A stretch of DNA of 64,000 nt, from contig OX597822.1 of the NCBI GenBank assembly GCA_951406725.2, positions 56,916,001 through 56,980,000 of the forward strand. The letters are read 5' to 3'. Within the stretch, counting starts at the first letter, position 1; the number at the start of each line of letters is the position of its first letter. The position numbers were made by a program, and so were the translations under genes. This stretch comes from Octopus vulgaris (lineage: Eukaryota). The notes under the pieces were generated by a model. It did not search any database. It was given only the letters and a program-made list of their open reading frames with translations, and was not told the DNA's origin. Of this stretch, positions 1 to 12,304 are shown piece after piece.

Positions 1-2299
1 ACGTTTGATACTTATGTAGTTCGAAATCCAATATGTAATGCTATTGTAATTCAAATGCCTACCTGATGCTTAGTATGATCGATAATAAAGCTTTCGACCG
101 GAGTTATTTGCAATGGGTTTGTTACATAGTGAATAGTTTAGAATATACAAAGTATAAGCATTCTATAACTAAGCAATCCACGTCATCCAATATGGTTAAT
201 ATAGACTGGCAATCTATTATATAAAATCCGTTCTTTCTGTCTGTGTGTGTATCTTCTAGGATCTCGGGCATCCTCCATCCGATTGCGCTCAAATTTGATA
301 TGTAGATACCGACGGTATCAGAGCGTGTATAAGTCTTGAAAAAATTACAAAAATCGATTCCAGGTAAGAATGTGATCGATAAAGCCGTGGGAACGTGCAT
401 TTGTACGCGCAAATACATCAACTGTTGGGATCGATACTACGTGTACGCGAGAAAAATGCACGTACAGTTTGAAATAATGCCACAAAATGCAGTATATTTA
501 AGAGACCCAAAAAGTAAGATGCAAAAGAGATATTTTCTTCAAACTTGGCATGAAGGAAGGAAAAACTATTTGGTTTCTCAAGAAGTTTTTGCTTTTGATT
601 TAACTTCGTTTAACAAAATCAAAGATTTTATTTAAATAAAGGCATGCTTAATTATTTTTTAATAAAAAGAAAACACTAATTGCTTTTTATTTAGCAGATA
701 TGATTCAGCACCATCCATTGGACTCGGGGGGGGGGCGTATATAAGAAGAATGAATGTAAAAATACATTACGCAGAATATATTGTAGACAATTCAAAATTA
801 TCCATGAATATATCAGAGGCCAGAACATACAATCAAAAATTTATTTCATGTTAAGCTCCACTCTTCTTATATAGCAAATAAAAGATGGAAGATGGAATAT
901 ACGAGAATTTATTATTAATGACAATTGTTTCGACGCATCTAGTATCGATTCCTCACAGGTGGGACACTCAACAACTAATTCGGGAGCATCCGGTGGAGCA
1001 GATGTATCTCGTCGGGTGATAAATGAATAAAACTCCTTAAAATAACTGTTCCGCAATGTAACTTCCCGTTTTGTAGAAAGAAAAGCAGCCAGGCGGATGA
1101 AATATATTCATTTATATAGAAGATCAAAAATAAAATCACAGATGACAAAAACAGAACGAACATACAATCCAGCGAGAAAAGTATTAAAAATAACCATTAA
1201 CAAATATGGATGTATAAACGCCCTCGCGTAAGCTGCATAGCGCGAGTACACTCGCTCATACAAGCACACGCAAACATGTCAGCATACGCACACGTGAGTT
1301 TTGGTGCAGTCATGGTCACAAAGAGAGTTAGCTATCTACTTGGTGTTTGTAAGAATGGGGAGGTTAAAAGTAAACTTAAATCATCCATACCTTTAAGAAT
1401 ATTATATTATCTTAACAGTTACTCAAAATTCATTCCCACCGCATTGTGCGAAAGTACATTTATAGGCGTGTAGGAATCTCGAGAGTCATTCAGAAATTCT
1501 ATTAATGATCTTCTCATTAGTGCACAGAATAGAAAGGAATTCCTCAGAGCAGAGACGGAATTTCCTAGAAATTGTATTGTATGGTTACGCGTACCTTACT
1601 ATGGACCAGTTTATGCTGTACTTCATTTTATCCTCCTTCAGTCGCCATACAAAATCTGCCAAATATGTTAAATGTCTCTTACCGATTGTCTTAGAGCAGG
1701 CAACAGGGTTACGATAGTCATTTTTAAATAAATCAGCTGTCTGCCCAATGTAAACATACGGCCCTCCACTTGTGTGTCTCGGATCGACACTATTTATAAT
1801 CGAAGACCTTTCAGCGTGACCAACTATTTTTTATTCAGATAAAATGTATGCATGACTCTGTAATCAAATGTATCCTCCCTTTCTTAAAATAGTAGGATGT
1901 AATTTGAGGAAAATTTAGGTGTTTTAGCACCGTGAATTTCTGCGTAGATGATATCTATTGAACCCTGTATGTTACTGTGTGAAACATCCAGTAAATCTCT
2001 GACTGCAGTATAACCTGTTGCAAAACTTCAGTATTTTACAACTAAGGAATTTTAGACTTCTTAGATATTCTATAGACAAACTATCGTAACGAAGAAGTAG
2101 TAACTCTCTTGATATAATATAAACGTTGGCACCACTAACATGCAACTTGAAAAGATATTATCATTCAGTTTATTGGAAAAATTCACCTTTTGATTAGTAC
2201 TTTCAGTTCAAATGAAACAATAAAAAAATGTCATTTCTCTTAAAAATAAGTTCGTTTGAATTTTTAAAGAAAGAAGTTTTCTCTTTCTGTGATGTTTAC

Positions 2300-2879
2300 C
2301 GCAAAAAATAGAAATCGCATTCGTTTACTAATTAACTAAATTTGTTTCTCTCGCATTAATTTGTTCCTTCTGGTGTTTTATAGCTTCTTTTATTGTGTTT
2401 TTGTTCTTATATTTTGTTTAATTTTTGTGTTCAACGCAAAACACGTCACTACTGAATATTAAATAGGAGTTCAAATTAAATGCATTTAATTAGAGAGTTT
2501 GGGGTTTTAAGACTTACGTTTGACAAAGAATGAATGTTGCCCATATACGAATATACTCCCACACACACATACACAGACACACAAAGACACACACACAAAA
2601 CACACACACACGGATCTCCCTCGGTTTCAAACAACTGAACTATTTGCTAAATGAGTTAGTATGTAAGCTGGTGAATATTCCAGATATAACATGATTCTCA
2701 GGTAGAATCAGCGTCACACAGTAAGGACTATGAAATTACAGGTAAAATTCATTTGATTAGATTCCATACAATTTCCGTTCGCCGAATTTCATTCAGAAGG
2801 CGTTGGTCGACCCGAGACAAGTAAAAGACACTTGCCCAATATCATAGAAGGGGGTCGAAACCAGGATCCTGAGATTAAC

Positions 2880-2933
<54 letters not shown>

Positions 2934-4219
2934 GAGGGACGTTCAATAAGTAATGCCTCTCACCCATTTGCAGTTGTTTGATCTAGCTGAAATTTTGCAT
3001 GTGCAATTATTCATATCTCTATAGAGTAAGTGGCAAATTACAGCTCTGAATTAATTGTGGTTTCTGATTTACAGGTGTTTGAACCGAGTCAAGTGTGAAA
3101 TGGAGCCTGTTGAATGTCGAGCAGTGATCCGGTTTTTGTATTTGAAAGGACGCACACCACGGGAGACTTTTGATGAAATGAAAGTAACTTATGGTGATGA
3201 TGCCCCATCATATGACCTTGTAAAACGCTGGCATCGTGAATTCAAACATGGTCGGAACTCTGTGGAAACAGCTCCCAAATCTGGTCACCCCTTCTGCCAT
3301 TGATGAGGCATCTGTCCGTCAAGTTGAGGCTGCCATTTTGGAAGATCGACGCATAATTATTCGCCAAATAGCCCATGAGGTCAAGACTAGTACCGGGTCT
3401 GTGGAAACTATCATTCATGACCATTTGCATATGCAAAAGGTGTCTGCCGGATGGATTCCCAGGTTGCTCACGCCTTTCCAGAAGCAAGAACGCGTCGAGT
3501 GCTCGAGGGTGAATTTGGAGATGTGCCAAGAAGTTGAGTCAAAATTTTTCAAAAGACTGATTACACAGGATGAAACCTGGGTCCATCACGATGATCCAGA
3601 GACCAAAGCCCAGTCAATGCAGTGGAAGCACCGTGACTCACCCCCTCCAAAGAAGGCAAGGGTGCAGCCCTCCGCTGGCAAGGTCATGCTCAGTCTTCTG
3701 GGACCAGGACGGAGTAGTAATGACAGATTTCCTGGCAAAGGGTACCACAATTGCAGGAGCCTATTATGCTTCACTTTTGAGGAAATTAAGAGAAGCTATC
3801 AAAATCAAGAGGCGGGGCAAGATCAGCAAAGGCATCCTCCTCCTGCAGGACAACGCTCCGGTGCACAACTCGCTTGTCGCCAGATTAGAAGCACAGGCGT
3901 ATGGCTATGAACTCCTCCCCCATCCCCCTACTTTCCTGACCTTGCACCCTCTGATTTTTACCTCTTCCCAGTCATGAAGTTGTTTTTGAAAGGGAAGCGT
4001 TTCCCAGATGATGCAGCCTTGATTTCTGAAGTCACGTTCAGGTTGGAGGACCAAGCTGGGGTCTTCTACAAAAACGGTCTCCAGAGCTGCATCAAGCAAT
4101 GGGAGAAATGCGTAACTCTGGGTGCTTCCTATGTAGAAAAGACTAATAGCTGTGCCAAGTTTCGTTGCTCTGCTGCTATGGGAAGTGGGTCAGGGGCATT
4201 ACTTATTGAACGCCCCTCG

Positions 4220-4292
<73 letters not shown>

Positions 4293-4872
4293 GTTAATCT
4301 CAGGATCCTGGTTTCGACCCCCTTCTATGATATTGGGCAAGTGTCTTTTACTTGTCTCGGGTCGACCAACGCCTTGTGAATGAAATTCGGCGAACGGAAA
4401 TTGTATGGAATCTAATCAAATGAATTTTACCTGTAATTTCATAGTCCTTACTGTGTGACGCTGATTCTACCTGAGAATCATGTTATATCTGGAATATTCA
4501 CCAGCTTACATACTAACTCATTTAGCAAATAGTTCAGTTGTTTGAAACCGAGGGAGATCCGTGTGTGTGTGTTTTGTGTGTGTGTCTTTTTGTGTCTGTG
4601 TATGTGTGTGGGGGAGTATATTCGTATATGGGCAACAATCATTCTTTGTCATACGTAAGTCTTAAAACCCCAAACTCTCTAATTATATGCATTTAATTTG
4701 AACTCTTATTTAATATTCAGTAGTGACGTGTTTTGCGTTGAACACAAAAATTAAACAAAATATAAGAACAAAAACACAATAAAAGAAGCTATAAAACACC
4801 AGAAGGAACAAATTAATGCGAGAGAACCAAATTTAGTTAATTAGTAAACGAGTGTGATTTCTATTTTTTGCG
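2300..4872. repeat. Long inverted duplication (arms ~2300-2880 and ~4291-4872) centred on (TA)n plus a mariner
   Basis: 2301 gcaaaaaatagaaatc...ccaggatcctgagattaaca 2880 is the near-exact reverse complement of 4292 tgttaatctcaggatcctgg...gatttctattttttgcg 4872, with only scattered substitutions. Confidence 0.95.
2933..4219 (+). mobile_element. Full-length mariner (DD34D) transposon with frameshifted transposase
   Basis: TIRs cgagggacgttcaataagtaatgcc / ggcattacttattgaacgcccctcg, TA on both sides within (TA)n. ATG at ~3100 (MEPVECRAVIRFLYLKG); motifs WIPRLL, TQDETW, QDNAPVH and HPP..PDLAPSDF are split across frames. Confidence 0.96.
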
Positions 4873-4992
4873 TGTTCAGTCCCACTGCGTAGCATCTTGG
4901 TCGTCTTCTAATATAGCCTCGGGACAACCAAATTCTTGTAAGTGAATTTGGTTGAGGGAAGCTGAAAAAAAACCGTCGTATATATACATATA

Positions 4993-5044
<52 letters not shown>

Positions 5045-5210
5045 CCACCGCTTGACAATTTGTGGTGGTGTGTTTACGTCCCTGTAACTTAGCGTTTCGG
5101 CAAGAGAGACCGAGAAAGTAAGTACTAAACTTCAAAACATGATAAGTCCTCGGGTCGATTTGTTTGACTAAAACTCTTCAAGGCGGTGCCCCAGCATGGC
5201 CGCAGTCAAA
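4873..5210 (+). mobile_element. tRNA-derived SINE (5'-truncated) with internal (TG)n and CR1-like 3' tail
   Basis: B-box-like gttcagtccc, body homologous to 11515-11880, tail ggcggtgccccagcatggccgcagtcaaa. Confidence 0.8.
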
Positions 5211-5379
5211 CCATTCTGCTAGCTCATCGCCTTGATTATACAATATAATATTAATATACTAAAATGCTAGCAAAACAGAAAAATGACTGTATACAAATAT
5301 ACATTCTAGCATCTTTCGTTTCCTTTGAAAGTTGATAGTGAATTATAAATTGTCTCACTAACATTATCAAGCTGTAATC

Positions 5380-7514
5380 TATATATTTGCAACCAGAATG
5401 CATTCAGCAAGTCAACGTAAGGCAGAGAAATTTTATTTGGGGATGCTACTTCTGCATATCCCTGGCGCCGCTTCTTTCGATCATTTAAGAACTGTAGAAG
5501 GTGAAGAATTTGAGACTTTCAAAGAGGCGTGTGTTACATTGAAACTTCTTGATAATGATAATGAACTACATGACACTTTGACAGAAGCAGCAACATATAA
5601 AATGCCACGGCATCTTCTAAAAATGTTTGCTATGATTTACCTCTTCAATCAACCCGTCAATGCTTTGCAACTATGGAATGAAAACAAAGAATTCATGATT
5701 GAAGATCTTTTGCTAAGAAATGACAACACCTCGGCTGAAAATATTGTTCTTCATTTGATGAATGCCATATTTGGTATATATTGTAGCACGTAGGGCCTTC
5801 CAGAACCGGTCAGATAGCCCCCTAGAAATGAAAATAATACAGAACAACGAATCGTAAATCCAAATGTATTGAACATTGAACAAAAGAAGCATTTGGTTGC
5901 GTGATTGATGCTGCATTTTCAGTTGTTAGAGGAGAACAAATTAATAATAGGTGGATCAGGAAAACTTTTTTGTTCAATATGATTTACGATCACCTTACAG
6001 CTAACAATATAACAGTAAGTACAGCTACCTGGACTGGCATTGCTGCAACACTTGAAAGTGGTAAAACTCTTCACAGTATATTCAAGCTTCTAGGTCCTTT
6101 GAGTAAAACAAGTGTGTACAATGTTCGACCAAATTCTGATTAAGGAAGCATTCTTAGGCGAGTAAAAGTCTTCATTATTGACGAAGTTTCAGTGATACCA
6201 GTTTATGCTTTGAAAGCTATAGATAATTTTTAAAGAGATACTATGAATAGTAATAGTATATTTGGTGGGAATATTATCGTACTAAGAGATTTTAAATAAA
6301 ATTTCTTTATTAAAAAAAAAAAACACACATCGCCCAGTCTAAGATTTGAACCCGCGATCCCTCGGCCGCGAGTCCGCTGCTCTAACCACTAGGCCATGTG
6401 CCTAAGCTCTTCCAGTTGATTCGAGAGGTCCTCCTACGATTGTACTTTATGTCTGCCTCATGCGCTCCTCTATATGGGATAATTTTCAACGCAAAACATG
6501 AGAACAAATACAAATGAATAAGATTTTTCGAGGTGGCTACTACAACTTGGAAGTGGATTTCTTTAAAGTTCTAGTGATAATCTTGCAGAAGATACTATTG
6601 ATATTCATGAAGCATACATATGTAATAATTCTTTGGTATCTGATATATTTGACAATTGTACAGCAGAAGAAATGAAAAGTAGAGTGATCTTATCTCCTAT
6701 AAATTCGGACTGCTTAGTAGTAAATGAAGAAATTCTAAGTAGATTGCCCACTGAAACTAAAACATATCTAAGCACCGACTCAGTAACTTCTGATAATGAA
6801 GAAGGAGCCCAGAATTATCCCATGGAGTTTATAAACTCTCTTACACCTTCTGGAATGCCTCCCCATCACCTTAACTTAAATGTTGGAGCAGTTATTATGC
6901 TTCTTAGAAACCCCTCTATAATGCAAGGTATATGAAACGGAACTCGCTTGGAACTACTTCAGCTCCACGAGATAGCATCGAAGCGTCAATTATAAGTGGA
7001 TCTCATTCTCACACGAGAGTACTGGTTCCAAGAAGCAAACTTACTCCAAATGATGCAAACATTCCATTTATTCTGCATCGGACCCAGTTCCCGGTTCGTC
7101 TGTCTTATTCTATGACAATCAATAAAGGAGCAAACACTCGAATAGAGTCGGCATACCACTTGCCACAGCCATGCTTCACTCATGGCCAGCTTTACGTTGC
7201 TTTTTCAAGAGCAGGAGCGATGAACAGTGTGAGGGTTAAAGTAATACCTCAAAACGACTCCACTCATGGTTGCAGAAAGTGAATCACCTACGCTAGAAAC
7301 ATTGTACGTAGGGAAATGCTGTAACGGATGTATTTAACATATACTTTCACACACAATAACTTAATATATACTTATATTATTAATAAATATAACATAAATG
7401 ATGGTAGAATTTTTCATTAACCAAAATAGGCCAAATTAAACAATTTTGATTAAATAATAACTATTCATTGGACGATATTTAAATTTTCCGTGAATTTTTT
7501 CAGGGTTCAGCTAG
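5380..7514 (+). mobile_element. Helitron 3' half, degenerate Rep/PIF1-like helicase
   Basis: FYLGMLLLHIPGAASFDHLRTV, GGSGKTFL, TGIAATL..GKTLHSIFKL, IIDEVS, SGMPPHHLNLNVGAVIMLLRN, QFPVRLSYSMTINK, HGQLYVAFSR; 3' hairpin ccgtgaa-tttt-ttcaggg followed by CTAG|T at 7511-7515. Confidence 0.93.
6311..6402 (-). mobile_element. Isolated tRNA-derived SINE head inserted in the Helitron helicase
   Basis: Minus strand ggcacatggcctagtggttagagc (A box) ... ggttcaaatc (B box) followed by a T-run; interrupts the GDF-Q-LPV helicase motif. Confidence 0.8.
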
Positions 7515-8179
7515 TTTATAATTATTGTACAACCGTTTATGTAGTACTTAAGGTGAATGCTAATTGGCAGGAAGAAACTCTGATTGGTTGTTGCGATTGA
7601 AAAATACAAGCACATAAAAGAATGAACTATGTTAAATTAGTAAAGAATATATAGTTTTCGGTATAGGGTGAGATCAAAACATCGAAGCTTCGAAATGTTA
7701 TAAGTAAAACCAAAGATAGGAAAGACAGGGAGAAACAGAGATTCAAGATGGTATATATAAAAGCACGGAAGACAAAACCCAGAAGCACAAACATGTTTAT
7801 ACACAGAAATACTAAGCACTTATGTGACTTTAATTACAGTTCAATTATACGCGATCAATAATTCAGAATGGATATGCAGTCCAATGTATACAAATTGACA
7901 CACTCGCGTAGGCAGAGCAAGAGTTTAAGCGAAGAATTCTAGAAATTATCATAGAGAGAGACCATTGGGAAAAAGTAAAAATTTAGATAATCGCGGACAA
8001 TTTAATGTTGAGACAGAGGGAAAGGAAATAATAGCAAGAAAAACAAGAGTAAACGGTGTACTTACTTACTTATATAAATTGAGTTCTAATAGCGTTCTCA
8101 AAGGATTTGGCGTAAGTTTTCTTTTGTGCAAAGACAAATGCAGTTTGCAGAAACTGAATCTGTATATATAAAAGGCAGG

Positions 8180-8216
<37 letters not shown>

Positions 8217-8469
8217 TGTGTGTGTGAGTGTGTGTGTGTGTGTATGTGTCTGTGTGTGTGTACGTGAATGTAATTTATGCACGTCCACAAATTAGTACGC
8301 ATGTAGCTTAAATTTTAGAAGGACATTCGTCATGACCCTAGCTGTATTTTCGTCAACTCTTGTAACAAGGAAACTGACTCCATTATTTTAAGGATAAGAA
8401 AATTCTACATGAAGATGAGTTTCGGGATGCATATTTACACATCATAGCTGGCTCTAGACAGGAACGATT

Positions 8470-8660
8470 TTTATGATGTACATTGGTCTCGTATTTTGGC
8501 ACAAGGCCAGTAATTTTAGGGGAGGAGACAAGTCGATGACCTCTAAATGATGAAAGGTAAAGTTGATCTCGGCAGAATTTTAACTCAGCACGTAAAAATG
8601 GATGAAATGCCGTTAAATATTTTGCCCGGCGTGCTAACGATTCTGCCAGCTCGCCGCCTT
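8470..8660 (-). mobile_element. Meta-domain tRNA-SINE copy
   Basis: Minus strand head ggcggcgagctggcagaatcgttagc, core cctttcatc, tail ctggccttgtgccaaaat; homologous to many copies in the window. Confidence 0.8.
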
Positions 8661-9579
8661 TATTATTATGATGTATACTCAAGAGTTATTCATGAATACA
8701 TCCAAGTAAGCCAAGCAATAAACGCAATGCTTATATTAAAAACATTTAGTATACTAAAGTCATCTACAAGCCAGGAAAATTAACTTATGATATCACATTT
8801 ACCTGTTGACTACAAGTTATGTCATTTTATGAAAAATATTACAATAACGATATAATGATTTTCTGAGTTCTATCATAAAGCAAAAGAATCGCATCATGGT
8901 GGTGAGGGCTGTTCAGTGAAATCATCTGGGCGGAGAGCTTAGCTCTCAAAATAAAAAGAAAGAGAAACATGAAGGACAGAATGACTTTCAAATTATGGTT
9001 TCAGTATCTAAATATGATGGAAAATGGATAATCTTGATCGAAGTATAGAAAACTGCCAACTGGAGCATGTATCTAAACAAAATTACATCAAATGTTTCCT
9101 TAAACATCCCCAGAAGATGCAAAAAGTTACATCTGTCACATCCTGAAGTGTACCAACATTTCCAGTAAGGATTTTATGATATCAGGAAATACGACAAGTA
9201 TGAAATACATCCTTCTTAACGTTTAATCATGGAACAAGGTTTGATAAGTAGTACAATGACAACTATGGTCTGAACAGAGGAAGCGTAATGCATGAAACAC
9301 GTTTTGACAGGCTGGTATCAGCTTTAACTGGTCTACAAGTAAATATATAGAACAAATGAACACTACAGACATGTCATCATTGATATGGAAGACGTCAGAA
9401 TATAAGATTGTTGGATCTTTTGATATAAATAAATTCATTTTAATCAAAACCCTAGTCATAGAACCATTACTTCTGAGGTGGGAGAAGACGAATCAGTTAC
9501 CGCTGACTGTGCTGATGAAAAAGTCTCAAAGGAATCATTGGCGAAAGTGTTGCACAACGCCATTTCAAAAAAAAATGAA

Positions 9580-9950
9580 TAAGTAGTCTTGGTAAGAGAA
9601 AAAGAAGTACAACCATCAGCATCATTATTGTCATTATCATCTTTTAATGTCCATCTTTCACGCCGGCATAGGTTGGACGATGTGAGAAGATCATACGAAT
9701 CCGAATACACAGAGTTTTCTGGGTGCTGTTGTTCGTTGCACTAGAACTACAATAGAGGTGTTATTAGTTCGAGGCGTAAAGAGAGTAATAGAGGTGAACA
9801 GATGAATTTTGGAGACGAGGAGACGGAGACTTTGATCTAGAGTGGCTGGAAGGCATTGTTGCTGATATCTGAGTAACAGATAAGCGGGTGGTATCTGTTT
9901 CAGTATAAAGACCACAAATGTTTTAATAGAGAATGTAGCCTGATTATCCT
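9580..9950 (-). mobile_element. Decayed non-LTR retrotransposon 3' fragment
   Basis: Minus strand resembles a LINE C-terminus (AFQPL..VSVSS) and ends in an RTE-like tail cgtccaacctatgccggcgtgaaagatggacattaaaagatgataatga; family uncertain. Confidence 0.4.
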
Positions 9951-10406
9951 TGATGGGTTGAAGATAAGAGATGAGAGTTTTGTCTCAGAGCTGAATAAGT
10001 GCCTATGAGCCGACAAGCAAGATCTAGATAGGAATGAAGTTCATATGTGTTGGAGAAAACGAGAAAAAATTTACACATTTTCCTGTGTCTTCAAAGGATA
10101 TTTATGGAAAAAATAGATATCAATAAAAAAATATCTGATGTTTCCCTTTCAGTTTGTCTCGGTAGTTTAATTTTACCTTCTGAAACGCAAATTCGCATAT
10201 TTTTCTTGCACATTCTCGTGGCTTATTATCGTGAATATAATTATACATAAAGCAATTTTTAGTCAGGGTTTTGAAAATATTTCATACATGTATGTACTTT
10301 GTGATCAGAGAAACTAATAAAGTTTAGTAGTTTACATTGATGAATAAATATTATTGCATATGCATTTTTCATAATATTCGTTTAAAATTTGATTCCATAT
10401 ATATGG

Positions 10407-10478
<72 letters not shown>

Positions 10479-10570
10479 ATGGATATACGAATATATAGGA
10501 ATGTATATAGGGTTGTCCACATTATTTTTATAAATCTTTTTTGTCCATTTTACTTGCATACAACCTTGTG

Positions 10571-11295
10571 ATAAACGGGGTGCTAACTTAAGTGGTTTGT
10601 AGTCGTTTGACGTCTATTTCAAGCGTACAGGCGCTGCCCCTCTAGCACCCTCAATCATAATTATATATTTATAATTATACTTTAAATATTAATTTAATCC
10701 ATATGGGTTTTTTTGTATGCTGGCCACTGATAAATCATTAATTAATGACTTCATCCTAACTATATATAAGTATATATAAGTATAAATATTTACTCCACAA
10801 ACATATTTACTGCGGTATTATTCTGAGTAAATACACACATGGTTGAAATGGACGATGGGGTTTTACTTCGTATATGCGTATGAAATATATGTATATATTC
10901 GTATTTGTACAGGGATATCACTATGAATATGTATATGTATTTCTCATTTATTTACGGTCGGTGTACCTTACTGATGATTGTAAAGCAATTTTAATATCGT
11001 AAAACAAGAAATCTTAAGATATAGAGTTGTTCCCAATATCTTTATATATCCTTTCTGATCATTTTCCTCGCATTCAATATTGTTATAAACGGAGTGCTAG
11101 CTTAAGGGGTTTCTAGTCGTTTGACGTCTATTTAAAGCGTACAGGCGCTGTTCCTCCAGTGCCTTAATTATAATTATATATTTATAATTATACTTTAAAT
11201 ATCTATTTAACCCATATGGTTTTTTCGTATGCTAGTCACTGATAAATCATTAATTAATGACTTTATTTTAATTATGTAGGAAGGTATATAAGTAT
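10571..11295 (+). repeat. Partial tandem: ~215-bp direct repeats (10571-10785, 11085-11295), period ~514 bp
   Basis: Both copies read ataaacggrgtgcta...tagtcgtttgacgtctattt.aagcgtacaggcgctg...cactgataaatcattaattaatgactt. Confidence 0.9.
10965..11027 (+). ncRNA. Type I hammerhead ribozyme motif with intact core
   Basis: acctta-CTGATGA-ttgt[22 nt]acaa-GAAA-tcttaaga-TA-tagagt; palindromic stem III (atcttaagat); stem I has one mismatch and one G:U. Confidence 0.75.
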
Positions 11296-11514
11296 GCACT
11301 CAGACACATATACATATACACGGTTGTGATGACTTATATCCATGCTGAACTATTAATTAGCAATTTCCTAAAGATTGATAAAATAATTACTAATGTCAGT
11401 ACGATTGATCCATACAATTGGAGCTCGTGACACACAATGGCCACCGTCCAACGACTGAAAGTAGTATATTTTTACAATGTAGCCACATACATATGCACCA
11501 CCGCTCGCACGCAC

Positions 11515-11882
11515 ACGAACCACATGGTTCCGGGTTCAGTCCCACAGCGTGGCACTTTGGGGAAGTATCTTCTACTATAACCCCGTGCCGACCAAAGCCT
11601 TGTGAGTGGATTTGGTAGACGGAAACTAAAAGAAGCCCATCGTATATATGTATATATATGTATGTGCGTGTATATGTTTGTGTGTCTGTGTTTTTCCCCC
11701 CCAAATTTCGCTTGACAACCGATGCTGGTATGTTTACGTCCCCGTAACCTAGCGATTCGGCAAAAGAGCCCGATAGAATAAGTACTAGACTTACAAAGAA
11801 TAAGTCATGGGGTCGATTTGCTCGACTAAAAGGAGATGCTCCAGCATGGCCTCAGTCAAATGACTGAAACAAGTAAAGAGAG
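11515..11882 (+). mobile_element. tRNA-derived SINE with CR1-like tail
   Basis: ggttcagtccc B box, conserved body, tail atgctccagcatggcctcagtcaaatgactgaaacaagtaaagag. Confidence 0.88.
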
Positions 11883-11899
11883 TTCACACACGCACACAC

Positions 11900-11949
<50 letters not shown>

Positions 11950-11951
<2 letters not shown>

Positions 11952-12046
11952 CGGGAAGCTTTATGAAAATAGACAAAAGACGAAGGCAGGTGGAAAACAA
12001 ACAAACAATTGTATTAGTATGGCGCTCAGGAAATATAAATAAAACA
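11950..12046. repeat. Short (TA)n-embedded repeat fragment, homologous to 60606-60745
   Basis: Shared aaaagacgaagrcaggtgg...aacaaac...tgtattag...cgctcag; both copies flanked by (TA)n. Confidence 0.7.
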
Positions 12047-12059
12047 TATATATATATAT

Positions 12060-12136
12060 AAGAATGGAGTCGAACGACGATTTAACAAAATTCGAAGTAA
12101 AGGAATTTTGTTAAATCGTCGTTCGACTCCATTCTT
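12060..12136. repeat. Perfect 34-bp hairpin abutting (TA)n
   Basis: aagaatggagtcgaacgacgatttaacaaaattc / 9-nt loop / gaattttgttaaatcgtcgttcgactccattctt. Confidence 0.95.
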
Positions 12137-12304
12137 TCATTTATTTATATTAAAAAAAACACAAATTTCCACACGAAAGCACGTGATTTCTGCCCTTGGC
12201 ATGTAGCTTCAACCGTGTTTTCTAACGTAAATTTGCTACCCGAGTATCAGTTAACCGAATTATCCATACTAGGATAATTCATTCAACTACTTATATATAT
12301 ATAT

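Noticed and set aside
6331-6402. Possible tRNA gene
   Set aside because: Acceptor and T stems do not pair; it is a SINE head
8900-9560. Possible THAP/P-element remnant (VPTFP-like motif near 9150)
   Set aside because: Only one short motif across broken frames; not supportable without an HMM search
10506-10570. Tiny MITE-like inverted ends (agggttgt / acaacctt)
   Set aside because: Match too short to distinguish from chance
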